A stretch of 64,000 bases of DNA from positions 372,001 to 436,000 of the forward strand of contig OZ025684.1 in the NCBI GenBank assembly GCA_964019335.1, read 5' to 3'. How positions within the stretch are numbered: position 1 is the first letter of the stretch; each line of letters starts with the position of its first letter. Below the pieces are notes generated by a model, which did no database searches, had not been told where the DNA came from, and was given only the letters and a program-made list of their open reading frames with translations. Source of the stretch: Diplonema japonicum. Its lineage: Eukaryota > Protista > Euglenozoa: Diplonemea. The position numbers were made by a program, and so were the translations under genes. Positions 30,413 to 42,052 of this stretch are shown here, piece by piece.

Positions 30413-33400
30413 CTACACACCAAACCTTCTGTAAACATCGTTCTTTGACGAGACGCTCTCAGGGGGCGTCGCTTTCGTCAGAAGAGAATCAGCGGCAGAG
30501 TGAGAAGCAGAGGGAATGGCATGCAACGACTCCGCACTGGACAAGCTGCCATCGTCACTCTCGTACTCATCATCGCTTCCGTCGTCTTCCACAAAGCCAG
30601 AATCCACCCTTGAGATCCTTGGAAGTTCATCATCGACAGGAAGTTCCATCATTTCCTTCTCGACTGGGCACTCCTTGCGATCCAGCTTCACGGCGAGCAT
30701 TGCGTGCACCATGACAGCTATCCAGACGACGAAGAAGATGATATTCATGACAACACTGATATGAACCAGGACGTCTTGCGTTGGTGTTGCTTCGTTGTGC
30801 ACAATCCACTCGCCTGTCAGGATCGTCCCCAGCAGCGTGACCAACGACAGCGATTCCAAATGCTGCTGAACAGGGTCCCTGAAAGGACGGCACATCACAT
30901 TCAACGTTAGGAAGAACAGAAACACAACAACCATGCTGTACACCTTCACTGAGGTGTCCTCGCTTCCGTTCGCTATCAGAATGAGCAGCCCCTTTCGAAG
31001 AAGCACCGTTGACTCCCACCAGCAATATCTTCTCCTGTACTCCACGTACATAAAGCCCAAGCTCGACACCCATTGGAATTCTTGAAGCGACGACCTTATC
31101 ATACGTAAAAACACCGCAAGAAGGACAGGAAGAACTGCAGTGTGTATGGTGACACCCAATGCCGCAAGGGCCATGATGGGGCCACCGCATTCCAAACGAA
31201 CATCTGAAGTGACAACCGACTCCTCGTTGCCCCATTGAGTGCTGTACTCGGTGCACGACAGTGGGCGGACCAGCTCCTTGACTGTGTTCGACCATGCTAA
31301 GAAGTACAGAACCACGCCTGCGTTAATAAACACGTTTCGTTTTTGCGGGAGGACTTTCGCACCGCCTTCTGCGTTCACGATCTCCTTCTGATTGTGGTCC
31401 TGTGCCCTGCATATTTTCGCGCAAGCGCGGCACCGCACACCCCTGCAATCCTCACAGTCAATCTCACCCCACGCCCCGCGGCACAGGAAGCACAGTTCGA
31501 TCACATCTTTCTTCGGCGGAATCTTCTTCTCTTCACCCTTTGGTGCGCTTCTGCCAAATATAAAAGCAGACACCGCGGCCATCAGTAGTAAAATAGCAGG
31601 GATAGCGAAGAGCCAGAACAGCGTTGTGTCAGCCAAAGTAGCGCTCCCTGCGACGCACAGGAAGGCAGCAGGGTTGGACCCCACAGAGCTTATCGACTCT
31701 GCACTCGATGTGATGGTGTCCAGCACGGTGCCCCATGGCAGCTTGAGGGTCACGAAGACGGCGAGTACTTGGAGGTGCGTCACCATCTGCTTCATGGCAC
31801 GGAGAAAGAGCGCTTTCTTCTTGATCGTCTTTGGGAAGCTGATGTAAACGAAGGCGAGCGAGCCCGCGATGGCAACCATGATGCCCCCGATGGCGATGAA
31901 GCGCTCCATTGACGGCGAGCGGCACTCATGGCACTTCCCGTTGCTGAGCACGCTGTCGGGACCGCACACGCCGCACAGCATTTCATTAGTGCCGTTGACG
32001 CAGATGTTCTCAGAGGCGGCTAGGGAAACACCGAGCGTCCCATTGCAGTGTGGTGTATGGCACCGAGAGGGGCGGATGAACATCCCACAGAACACTTCGC
32101 TGGCGTTCACATCCCTGCAGGTGCTGCTGCCCCACGTGCATGTGTTCGTGCACAGATCCTGTGGTAGCCCTTCACATCTCCCCCCACAGAAGTACTCTGC
32201 GTCCCTCCACCACCCGGGTTGCACCCGTGTCACCATGGACCCGTCGCAGAGCAGCCCCTCTGGACACGGCCAACAAAAGCCCATCGCATCCATCACGTGC
32301 GTTGAGTCTGAGCATGGAAAGCACCCCTTGCTGTACTGGTTTTGCGGCACGTACCTGCACCCGTTGCAGGTGTCGTTGTACTTGTCTTCGCACAGCATGC
32401 ACTCAGCCCCTGTGTACATACCCGCACACTCGCACAGTGGGTAGGCCACCCTGTTCTTGGCGCATTCGTCGCAATTGGGGCTTGCTGCATCGTACTTAGA
32501 AGGGCAAGTTTCGCACTGGTCGCCAACGTACGACCCAAGACAGGGGCACGCAGGGAACAAGTCCTGGTTCCTTCTAGCAGCACACCTGCTGCAGTCCAAA
32601 GCGTACTTGTTGTCGCACTTGTCGCACTGCTCACCGTAGTACATGTTGTTGCACTCGCACACGGGGAAGGTGCTCTCATTCCTTCCCATGGAGCACCTAT
32701 CGCAGCCCTCAGGATGGTGCTCTGGTGCACACTTGTCGCAGTATGTCCCGAAGTACTCGTTGACACAGGGGCACGCAGGGTACAGTGACTGGTCCCTGTT
32801 GTCGGCACACACGCTGCAGCCCAACGACTTATTAAACTTCTCGTCGCACTTGTCGCAGTTGTCTCCATAGAAGTTGTTGTTGCACGCACACAGCGGGAAC
32901 GTGGTCTGGTTCCTGCCTGGGGCACACATGCCGCATCCCGTCTGCTCGAAGATTAAGGGGCACTTCTCGCAAGCGTCGCCCACCCATTGATTGCTGCAGA
33001 TGCACACGCAGTTGCGGCTGTCCTCGTCAGTTGTTATGCCGCCCAGCTTCGCGTGGAAGTTGCAGTCCATTGCAGTGCATTTCCTGCACCCCGTGCAGGC
33101 ATTGGCACCAGTCTGCCGGAAAGTGCAATTTGTGCAGGACAGGTCAACATCACAGCCAGGCGGGTCAAGGACGTGTGCAGGCGCACATTCATCACAGTTG
33201 ATGCCACTGAACTCAAGTGAACACATTTCACAGGTGTCCCCAGAGTACCAGTTCCAGCAGTCACAGCTGCACGTCTGGTTGAGCGGTGTCACAGTGGCGC
33301 TGAGTGCAGGAACGGCGGAGGCCGTACCTCTGCTGTTGCAGTGCGAGGTAGTGCACTGCGTGCTGCATGTCGGGTCCACAAATGTATCGGCACAGCCAGT

Positions 33401-34498
33401 ACAGGCCAGCCCGCCGACGTGGTCGGTCATGGAGGGGGCGTACCCAGGCCTGCAGTAGCACTTGCACTCGTTATTGATCTCTTCAACAAAGTCAGCTTTT
33501 CCCGAGCAAGTGTGTGAGATGGTGCACTTGATGCAGTCATTATTGCTAAGCCTGATGTACCCAGGGGCGCACAGGTCGCATTGTTCGCCGACGTATCCAG
33601 CGGAGCAGGAGCAGAGGCACTTCGAGTCGTCGATGGAATCCACGGACGCAGCATGGTTGTTGCAGTCGATGGCAGATGTGCATTGCCGGCACTTGCTGTT
33701 GGACATCACGTGCCCGTCGGCGCATTGCACCGTCAGCTTGTAGTCCTGCATGGAGATACGGGTGCAGGGGGAGTCGCTCCGGTGGAGGATGCTCATGGAG
33801 AGAGTACCCTCGGTGTCACAGTCGGTGCTGAAGCGCCACGTTTCGCCCGGCCAGCAGTCGCAGATACGGGTTTTGATGCAGTTTTGGTCACGGCACAGCT
33901 TGACTTCCGGATGGGAGAGCAGGGGGTTGGAAGGGCAATCCCAACGAAGGAACACATCATAAAAGGCACCGGGGCACGGCAAGCAGGTGGCGAAGTCGAA
34001 AGCGTCGGCCATGGCATCGTTGAACTTGTCGAGGCTCTTCTGGTAGGCGTTGTCGGCGTAGGTCTGGACCGTGTTCAGGGTGGATGTCGTTGCTTTGCTC
34101 ACCTCATCCGCTGCGGTTTTTGTCAGATCAACGAGCTCTTTTTTCTTGTCATTCACGTCGTTCTTCAGCTTGTCGTACTCTTTCTTAAGGTCGTCTAGCA
34201 CGCCTAGAGTCCCCGCTTCTCTCCGCATCACCTGTTGCGTCCTCTTTGGGAACGCGGCCAATAGGTCCAACTGTCCCATTTGGTCCATTGTTGGCAATAG
34301 GCACCCTTTCTTAAACCCGCTTGCGGCAATGAGTTTCAAGCCCATGTGGCCTGTTGACAGTACCTCCCATGGGCTCTGTGAATTCCGTGCGATGTCCGCA
34401 TCTATAAAAGGGACCACCATTGGTAGCCTTTGCCCGTGAGCCAGCTTGGTGTTCAGCAACAGGCAGCCAAGAGCTGCCCATAGTATTGTTTTATCCAT
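30413..34498 (-). CDS. Large Cys-rich (EGF/laminin-like) multi-pass membrane protein
   Basis: Signal peptide MDKTILWAALGCLLL; coiled coil; many CxCxxxYxGxxCxxC repeats; VQPGWWR; ~9-10 hydrophobic segments with LGFMYVEYRRRYCWWESTVLLRK. Confidence 0.85.
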   Translation of the reverse strand: MDKTILWAALGCLLLNTKLAHGQRLPMVVPFIDADIARNSQSPWEVLSTGHMGLKLIAASGFKKGCLLPTMDQMGQLDLLAAFPKRTQQVMRREAGTLGVLDDLKKEYDKLKNDVNDKKKELVDLTKTAADEVSKATTSTLNTVQTYADNAYQKSLDKFNDAMADAFDFATCLPCPGAFYDVFLRWDCPSNPLLSHPEVKLCRDQNCIKTRICDCWPGETWRFSTDCDTEGTLSMSILHRSDSPCTRISMQDYKLTVQCADGHVMSNSKCRQCTSAIDCNNHAASVDSIDDSKCLCSCSAGYVGEQCDLCAPGYIRLSNNDCIKCTISHTCSGKADFVEEINNECKCYCRPGYAPSMTDHVGGLACTGCADTFVDPTCSTQCTTSHCNSRGTASAVPALSATVTPLNQTCSCDCWNWYSGDTCEMCSLEFSGINCDECAPAHVLDPPGCDVDLSCTNCTFRQTGANACTGCRKCTAMDCNFHAKLGGITTDEDSRNCVCICSNQWVGDACEKCPLIFEQTGCGMCAPGRNQTTFPLCACNNNFYGDNCDKCDEKFNKSLGCSVCADNRDQSLYPACPCVNEYFGTYCDKCAPEHHPEGCDRCSMGRNESTFPVCECNNMYYGEQCDKCDNKYALDCSRCAARRNQDLFPACPCLGSYVGDQCETCPSKYDAASPNCDECAKNRVAYPLCECAGMYTGAECMLCEDKYNDTCNGCRYVPQNQYSKGCFPCSDSTHVMDAMGFCWPCPEGLLCDGSMVTRVQPGWWRDAEYFCGGRCEGLPQDLCTNTCTWGSSTCRDVNASEVFCGMFIRPSRCHTPHCNGTLGVSLAASENICVNGTNEMLCGVCGPDSVLSNGKCHECRSPSMERFIAIGGIMVAIAGSLAFVYISFPKTIKKKALFLRAMKQMVTHLQVLAVFVTLKLPWGTVLDTITSSAESISSVGSNPAAFLCVAGSATLADTTLFWLFAIPAILLLMAAVSAFIFGRSAPKGEEKKIPPKKDVIELCFLCRGAWGEIDCEDCRGVRCRACAKICRAQDHNQKEIVNAEGGAKVLPQKRNVFINAGVVLYFLAWSNTVKELVRPLSCTEYSTQWGNEESVVTSDVRLECGGPIMALAALGVTIHTAVLPVLLAVFLRMIRSSLQEFQWVSSLGFMYVEYRRRYCWWESTVLLRKGLLILIANGSEDTSVKVYSMVVVFLFFLTLNVMCRPFRDPVQQHLESLSLVTLLGTILTGEWIVHNEATPTQDVLVHISVVMNIIFFVVWIAVMVHAMLAVKLDRKECPVEKEMMELPVDDELPRISRVDSGFVEDDGSDDEYESDDGSLSSAESLHAIPSASHSAADSLLTKATPPESVSSKNDVYRRFGV

Positions 34499-34903
34499 TT
34501 GATTAAAGGGGGGGGGCACCCCACTCTCCTGAGATGGTTTTTTTTTTTTTTTTTTTTTTAACAAATAAAAAATCAAACTCAATTTCGAAACGAGCAGAAG
34601 AAAAAAAAAAAAGAAAAAAAGAACCGCAACATAAAAAAAAAAAATGGGAGGAAAAGAAACACCTCATTCAGTTTTTTTTTTTTTTTTTTTATAATAACCC
34701 TCTATCTTTTTCTCAGCCGTACAGCTCGTGCTTACGGCTCATTGGCGAATATGGCGGTGGAAGTAAATTAAATCAAACGTTAACCTTTTTCGCTAAGAAG
34801 AAAACAAACCCATTGGGGGGGGGGGGGGGGGGCACGAATGATAGGATATCACCGAAAGGAAAAACACCATTTTATTTTTTCTTTTTTTTTTCTCTTTTGA
34901 GCT

Positions 34904-34935
<32 letters not shown>

Positions 34936-35323
34936 GAGGCGGATCTTTTCTCCCCGCAACATGAAAAGGAGATTGTTTTTGCAAACAAAAAAAGAAGAAG
35001 AAAAAGAGTAGAGGCAGTTTATCCGTTATCCCTACTGTAGGTGAAAACGGCTTGCACAAACAAGAAAACAATAAGGCTACTCTTCTTCTTTTTTTTTTTT
35101 TTTAAAAGGTTTTGTCTGAGAGAAAATGTTGAAAAAAGAGATGATGGTACTACCGCTATAATGAGAGGATAAAAAAAGTGGGGGGGTATATGTGCAGTGC
35201 CCAAATAGGCAAAGACAGGAGACACATTCTTCAAGTACAGCAAAGGGCAAATTTTTGCCATAGAATAATAAAATCATTCCCCCCTTTCTTTTTCTTCTTT
35301 GTCTCTATTATTTGATTCGAGCC

Positions 35324-35358
<35 letters not shown>

Positions 35359-35444
35359 GGTACAGGTAAACCTGAGAAGTTTGTCAACCCGAAACACGTT
35401 GCCAACGTTCCCCTTTTGTTTAGACAAGTCAAAGACTCGTTCTT

Positions 35445-35499
<55 letters not shown>

Positions 35500-35590
35500 G
35501 CTGAGCCGATACACAACAACAACAACAAAAAAAAAAATGGATTGAAGAACCCAAAAAGAATCTATAGAATGCCCATGCGACGCGTACACA

Positions 35591-35626
<36 letters not shown>

Positions 35627-35627
<1 letters not shown>

Positions 35628-36811
35628 CAAACACATTTGCCCTTGACACAGACATTGTCAGAGTAAGTATTGCACTCCGAGTCTTCTGTGAGGGCAAAGC
35701 GCCCGATAATATTCTTCATGAATACGTTCGATGAACAGCCAGAAAGCCCGACCTGCTCCCCCAGCGCAAACTCATTACCCTCGAAAATATTTTTCACGGA
35801 CTTATAAAACCTCGCAGAAGAGGAGATCGTGTTATTAACCACAACAGAGGTACGGAGGTCAGTAGCGGTGACAGAAGATAACCGGGTGGAGTTGAAAACG
35901 GATTTACAAACGTCATCGAGGGTCAAATCACCGCTAATACTCCCACCGCTCACGAAAATATTTGAAACGCGGCGAAGAACGACGCCCTTCCCGTCAAAAT
36001 TAACATTGTCCATCTGAACACCGTCACTGTTGGTCAAAGACAAACCTAGCTCAACACTATTAACCACAACACAGTTATCCAATAATATCTCGTGCGAACC
36101 ACTCACCAGTACTACACTAACACCGGCGGTGCTTCGTACCGCTTGTCCCGGTGGGAACTCAATTCTAAGGTTTCGAATCACAACAAACACAGAAGAAGAT
36201 ATCACCAAAACCCCTTTTCCCACTGCAAGATCTGCGAGTTCAACAGACATCAGAGTTGAATTAAAGTCCAAGGTTGTGTGCTTCATCCCCAAACAGACTA
36301 TCGGGTGGTCATATGTTATTTTGTTAGAAGGGTTGGAAGATGTTATAACAAGGCGTGTGTAAGGGGCGAGGAACGGTTTGATCTCAGAGGTCTTCGATAT
36401 TGAGATTATCTTTGTTTTTTGAACTGTTGCGGAGGATGAGAAACCTCTGGAAGAATCGCGTTTTCTGTTAATGGAATCGTTGACCCATGCCTGGCGGAGC
36501 CCGTCGTGGAGCTGGCAGGTGGTTGTGTTGAGTTTTGACTCGATGTAGGTTGTGAGTGCTGCTTCGTTTTCTGGTTTTATTTGAATGCTTTGAATGTGAA
36601 CTTTCATCCGAATTTTCCTGTACTCGTAGTCCAGGTGCACCTCTGGTTGGGTTGTTGAGGATGTGGAGTCCTTGTTGTTGTTGTTGTGCATTCCTTTCTT
36701 CATCGCGTTCAACGTGTACTCTGTGCTGTACATTAGGAATGAACATATCAAAACGGTGATGAGCCAGAGTAGTTTTGCAATGTTGCCCCCGCCCCGCTGG
36801 GCAGGCTTCAT
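35627..36811 (-). CDS. Type II membrane protein with right-handed beta-helix (pectin lyase-like) domain
   Basis: N-terminal TM; repeated IRNLRI, LLDNCVV, MDNVNF, VVNNTI, FEGNEF, FMKNII strands. Confidence 0.7.
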
Positions 36812-38262
36812 GTGTTTCCTTTCTCCCCTTTTTTTTGTTCTCCCCCTTTTTTTTTGTTGAATTTTGAATGAAAAATGAGAAGAAGAAAAAAGAAGAAGAA
36901 TGGGGAGAAGATTGCGGTTGAGTACTGGGGGGGGGGGGGGGGGGGAAAGGGAGGAAAGAAAGGGGAATATAAAAGAGAAAAAAAAAAGGGAGAAAAAAAA
37001 AGAAAAGAAAAAACATAGACAGAAAAGTATGTTCTGTTTTTTTTTTTTTTCCTTTTTTTTTTTCTTCCATTTTTTTTTTTCCCCTTTTCTTTCTTGCTCC
37101 CATTTCTTTTTGTGTTAAAACCGCTTGAAAAAGAAGGGGGGGCGGGGAACTTTGTTTATATATTTACTTTTTTTTTTCGGTCACACCCCCACTCTCTTTT
37201 TTTTACCTTTGAGAAAGGGAAAAAAAAGGTTAAGAAGGGGAAAAAAAGAAGAAAAAAAAAAGTCAGATGGTTCTACCGTGCGGGTGTTGCAAGTTTGTTA
37301 AAAAAAGGGGGGGGGGGAAGGAAGAGAGAAAAAGAGAGGGGAAGAAAGAAATAAAAAAAATGAAAAAGAAAACAACTGAAAAACTAACCTCACGTCCCCA
37401 AGGGCCTAGGCCCCTGTCCCAGAAAAAGACTGGGGGGGGGAGTGAAGCAAACAAAAAAGAAAAAAAAAACGAAACGTTTGTTTTCTACTTTTCTAGTACT
37501 TACTGTCAATGTCGTTTTTATTACTTTCAATTTCTAAGATTGCTGTTTTTTTTTTTTTTTTTTTTTTTTTTCCGTCCTATAAAACCTCCCGCGCAGTGGG
37601 ATATCTTGGGATATATATTTTTTCAGTTTGCCCCTTTTTTTTTTGACAATCCTGATCTTTTTTTTTTTTTTTTTTTTTTTTTTCTTTTCTAGTCGAAGGG
37701 TCCTACCCATCATTCAAAATAATTGCGTCTAAGGAGATCTTTGTGAGAACGCCCCTAAATAAATATAAATATAGAGTTGAGTTAAAGGAAGTCTTTGTGA
37801 GACGCCCCCTTGTTCTCATCCTCTATAAATAAAAACAAAAACAAAACAAATAAAAAAGCGAGCATTTTTCTTCTTTTCTTTTTTCGTTCCTTCAAGAATA
37901 CCTACGAGTAAAAAAAAGAAAAAAGAAAAAGAAAAGAGGAATATTGGCCCGTAGTTTGTACGTGCCGGGTAAACCCTGGCGAAGTTTTCCAACTCACAAA
38001 CACGTTGCCAACGTTCTCGCAAATAAAAAAGAAAGTCAAATAAAAAAGAAAATGTTGTGAGAAAAAAAAAGAAAGAAAGGGTTTTGTTTCCACTTTGTTG
38101 ACAAAAACCTACCCTTTTTTTTTTTTTTTTTTCCTTTTTTTTTTTTTTTTTCTCTCTCTCTCAATTACTGCATTATCATGATGAAATATTAAAAAGAAAA
38201 TAAAAAATAAAGAAAATACAGATAAAAAATCTTTTTTTTTTCTTTTTTTTTTTTTTTTTTTT

Positions 38263-39162
38263 CTAAACAACATGGTAAACAGACAGCTTATAAAACCCCC
38301 CACACACACTCTTCTCGTCACCAGCACAAGGCATCTCACACCCTTCAGCAGGAGTTAGCTCATCTATGCTTGACGAACAGTGACACTCAGACCCATACTC
38401 AAGACCAGCATATTTGTAACCATTAAAACCACACACAGACACACACTCCGAAATTGTATTGTCAGAATTGTCATACGCCTTAACGGGCATCACGTAAGGC
38501 CCACCAATGTTGTCGGAAAAGCATCCTTTAAAAGTTGAAGAAAGGACAGGAAGTGGCATGTCTAAACTGTACACTGAGTTCATGAAGGGCGCACCGCAGT
38601 AAGCAGCCTCATCGCCGGTACAATGGTGGTTGCATTCAGAAGTGTGGGTTCGCTTGGACCCAGTAAGGGACTGCCCGCACCAACACTCAGCACCGTCTTG
38701 CAGCCCAGCATAGTGGTAGCCGTTGAAATGGCAGACATTCAAACATTCTTGAACAGTTGCTGTGTCTTCGTTCCTGTAGGCTGCGTACGGGAGCTTCCTG
38801 TTTTCCAAATCGCTGGATTCAAAGAAACATCCAACTAACGTTCCGGGTGCTGAGGGAAGCTTGTCGCCTGACATTCTAGAGTAAACGGAAAGCTTGACTG
38901 TTTCCTTGACGTCGCACTCCTTCGCGGCGGTCAGTTCCATTTTTTCCAGGCTGTCAGAACACCAGCATTCCTGTCCGTTCTTCACTCCTGCGTACCGGTT
39001 GCCGCTGCACTTCTCCAAACACGATACACCGTTCACATTGCTTCCCTTCGATGCTTCGCGGAACACCTTTCCTTCATCGTTTTCAAAGCACCCCACGTGG
39101 TAAGCTGTCGATGCTGCCGCCGTCTGAAGGGTCACTACCATGAGGCTGAGGGCCACTTTCAT
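38263..39162 (-). CDS. Secreted protein with three WSC domains
   Basis: Signal peptide; three GCF...C...C...YAG(V/L)..G.EC.C repeats. Confidence 0.9.
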   Translation of the reverse strand: MKVALSLMVVTLQTAAASTAYHVGCFENDEGKVFREASKGSNVNGVSCLEKCSGNRYAGVKNGQECWCSDSLEKMELTAAKECDVKETVKLSVYSRMSGDKLPSAPGTLVGCFFESSDLENRKLPYAAYRNEDTATVQECLNVCHFNGYHYAGLQDGAECWCGQSLTGSKRTHTSECNHHCTGDEAAYCGAPFMNSVYSLDMPLPVLSSTFKGCFSDNIGGPYVMPVKAYDNSDNTISECVSVCGFNGYKYAGLEYGSECHCSSSIDELTPAEGCEMPCAGDEKSVCGGFYKLSVYHVV

Positions 39163-39522
39163 TTTTTTTATTTTTATTTTTTTTTTAAAGAAAAGGAAAT
39201 CTATCCAGGGGGGGGGGGGGATTTTCCGAAGGATTCACCCCCAATTTTTTTTTACGACCGGGAAAAAAAGAAAGGGAAAAAAAAGATTGAGCAACAGGAA
39301 AACGAGCGACGATATGAGAGATTTAGAATAGAATACGCAGTATTCACACTTTCAAAAGATGGGAACAACGCTACGCCGTGCACCAGCGTGCGATAATATT
39401 CGGCAGAAAACACCCCGCCTTTGAACTTTCCGGAACTAGTAAAAATGCCTACCCAATGGCAAAAAAAAAAAAACCCCCCTTTTTTTTTTGAAAGCTATAA
39501 AAAAACAAAAAACTGGAAAATC

Positions 39523-40590
39523 TTATATCAACCCAAGCGTCTCGATGTACAGCCCCTCCTCGTACCTGTGGGCCACCCCGTTAGCGGAGATCACATCGTG
39601 CTCCCAGACATATGGTTCTTCACCGAGAGGTTTGAAAAAGCTGGCGGCGGTGTATGTCAAGGAAGCTTCACCTTGAATAAGCCCGGTGGTGAACGACGGG
39701 GTCAGATTACCTTTAAAAATCGGCAACGCGGTGACTGGCGTAACGTTCATAGAACGCGTGAGGTATGAAGCGCACAGCGTCGCCTTTCCTTCCGCAGAAA
39801 ACCGTTTCACGAGAGAAGCCAACGATGGAAGACCCCCCGAGTGGTGATAACTAATCACATCTGACAGATGTTGCTGTGCCTGGACCGCATGAGTTGTCGA
39901 AATGGACAAATCGATACTAGATGTCAGGGGTGCTGTTGGGTTACTACCTGACGCGATTTCAAAAACCAATGCGAGGTCGATCAAATCGTCTTCAGAAGGC
40001 CGTTCCCACAGGTCCCAGATTAAAATTCTCGGATCTGACTTGAAACGAGCGAACACAGCAGTGATGAAGTCACGAAGACGCTTTGATGAGATCCCGGGAT
40101 ATGGAGACTTCGGCCAGAATCTTTTAAAAGAGTACAATTCGTATTTCAAATCTTCGCGAGAAGGGATTTCAGATCGGCCTGATGAATCGCAAAGAACAAG
40201 CATGGTGGAAACACCATGAATGTGTGCGATCGACAGCAAGGTGTCTACTTTGTTCAGAAAGAAGTCACCCTGTAGGTGGTACAGCTCCTCGTGGAGGGAT
40301 ATCTTGACGCCGTTCATGCCGAGCCGGGCGATTTTTTTCATTTCTTTGTTTATTAGCTGTTCGTTCCACTTCGAGCTGAACATTTCGAGGGGGTTTGCTG
40401 CGCTTGATGTGACGTAGTGGCCGCCCACGATCCACCTGTTCCATCCTTTGAACTCAACCTTCCGTTGGGGTCTGTACCTTATAGTGTCGTGGGTCTCGCT
40501 CTTATCCGACTCGTGGTTTACGGTTTGGCCTACCTTTATACAAGCGATTACAAGTACGGTGATTAGAAATATAGGGGCGCTGCGAAGCAT
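39523..40590 (-). CDS. GH5-like (clan GH-A) protein, probably catalytically inactive, type II membrane anchor
   Basis: ARLGMNGVKISLH, FKSDPRILIWDLWERP, SDVISYHH, LCASYLTR, WEHDV; resembles bacterial GH5-like proteins. Confidence 0.7.
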   Translation of the reverse strand: MLRSAPIFLITVLVIACIKVGQTVNHESDKSETHDTIRYRPQRKVEFKGWNRWIVGGHYVTSSAANPLEMFSSKWNEQLINKEMKKIARLGMNGVKISLHEELYHLQGDFFLNKVDTLLSIAHIHGVSTMLVLCDSSGRSEIPSREDLKYELYSFKRFWPKSPYPGISSKRLRDFITAVFARFKSDPRILIWDLWERPSEDDLIDLALVFEIASGSNPTAPLTSSIDLSISTTHAVQAQQHLSDVISYHHSGGLPSLASLVKRFSAEGKATLCASYLTRSMNVTPVTALPIFKGNLTPSFTTGLIQGEASLTYTAASFFKPLGEEPYVWEHDVISANGVAHRYEEGLYIETLGLI

Positions 40591-42052
40591 TGTTCGTCCC
40601 CTCCCCCACCCCCCCCCTCTGTGGTACAATTGTTAATCTGGGAAATATTATGAGGGGAAAAAAAAAAAAAGGAAGGAGGGAAAAAAAAAAAGTAAAAAGA
40701 GAAAAAGAGGGTTTTTTTTTTTTTTTTTTTTTTTTTGGAGCAGGGGGAAGAAAAAAAAAAAAAAAAAAGAAAAGTAAATGAAAATCATGCTGTTGGTGCA
40801 GTTAGGCGAATGGGGGGGGGAGTGGGGGGGAATAAAATAAATTCTTTTTTAAACAAAACCCCCGTGGTAAAAAAAAAAAAGTTTTTTTTTATTTGCCCCG
40901 CATTATAGACTGGCCCTAGAACGTAACACGATATTTTTCTCCCGCATTTTTTTTTTTTTTTTGAATCTTTTTTTTTTTAAAAGGAGGTTTAAGAGATGTT
41001 TCACCACCGTTCATAAAAGAAAAAAAAAAGTGGATGAGGAGGAGGGGGTTTCTTTCTCCTCTTTTCTTTTTTCGTAAAAATTGGTGTTTCAGAAATCATG
41101 GCGCATGGCACCTCAAGAGGGGACCAAGCCTACTTTGAAAGAAGAGAAAAAAAACAGAATGGTCCAGAAGCAAATTCTGGCAAGGCAAACGCACAGAATA
41201 AACATCATGGATGGGGGCCTGAGGTGTCATCCCGATGACTCCTTTGGCTTGGCATTTCTCGTTTTCTTTTTTCTTTTTTGCTGATTCTCAAAATAAAAAA
41301 AAAGGCAGGGCTTTTTTTTTTTTTTTTCACGCAACACTAAGAAAATCGAATGAGAAACGCGAAAAGAACACAATAAGAAAAAAAAAAGAAAATTAGACAC
41401 TGGTTGCGTTTTCGCTCACCTTTCGTCTGCTGGAAGGCTTTTTGAAAAAAGAAAGAAAGGAAGGCAAAACAAAAATAAAAAATGATGGAGAAAGAACGAA
41501 GAAGAAAAAAAAACTGGTCGCTTTGACCCTTTTCTTTTTTCTCCCCCCCCCCCGTCTTTTTTCTAACCAACCCTTCTCTCCTCTCGTTTTTTTTTTTTTT
41601 TTTTTGCTTTTGTTTTTTGGCTTCTTTTTTTTTTGTTTTTACGGCCCGCGGAGTTTTTTTTTTTTTTTTTATTTTTTTTTTTTTCCCTCTTTTTTTTTTT
41701 TTCCTCCATTCACATGCTGAGCCTTTCAACTAAAAAAAATAAGAAAGAGTTTTGACAAAAGAAAATTCTGACAAAAAAAGGGGGGGGGAGTGTTAAAGGT
41801 CCGTCCTGTCAAAGCTAACGAGAAGTCTCGTCACACTGGGAAGCACTTTTTTTTATACTTTTTTTTAATTTTTTGCTTCAACCACAAAACTAGGACTCCC
41901 CTTTCCCTTTCTCTCCCCCCACTAAAAAAAATGATAATCTTCAGAAAAGACGAAAAGAAAAAAAAAAGAAAAAAAAAAAGTACACACAACACAACACACG
42001 CCATTTTTTTGTTTTCTTTCTCATTTCCCTCACTTTTTTTTTTTTCCTTCCT

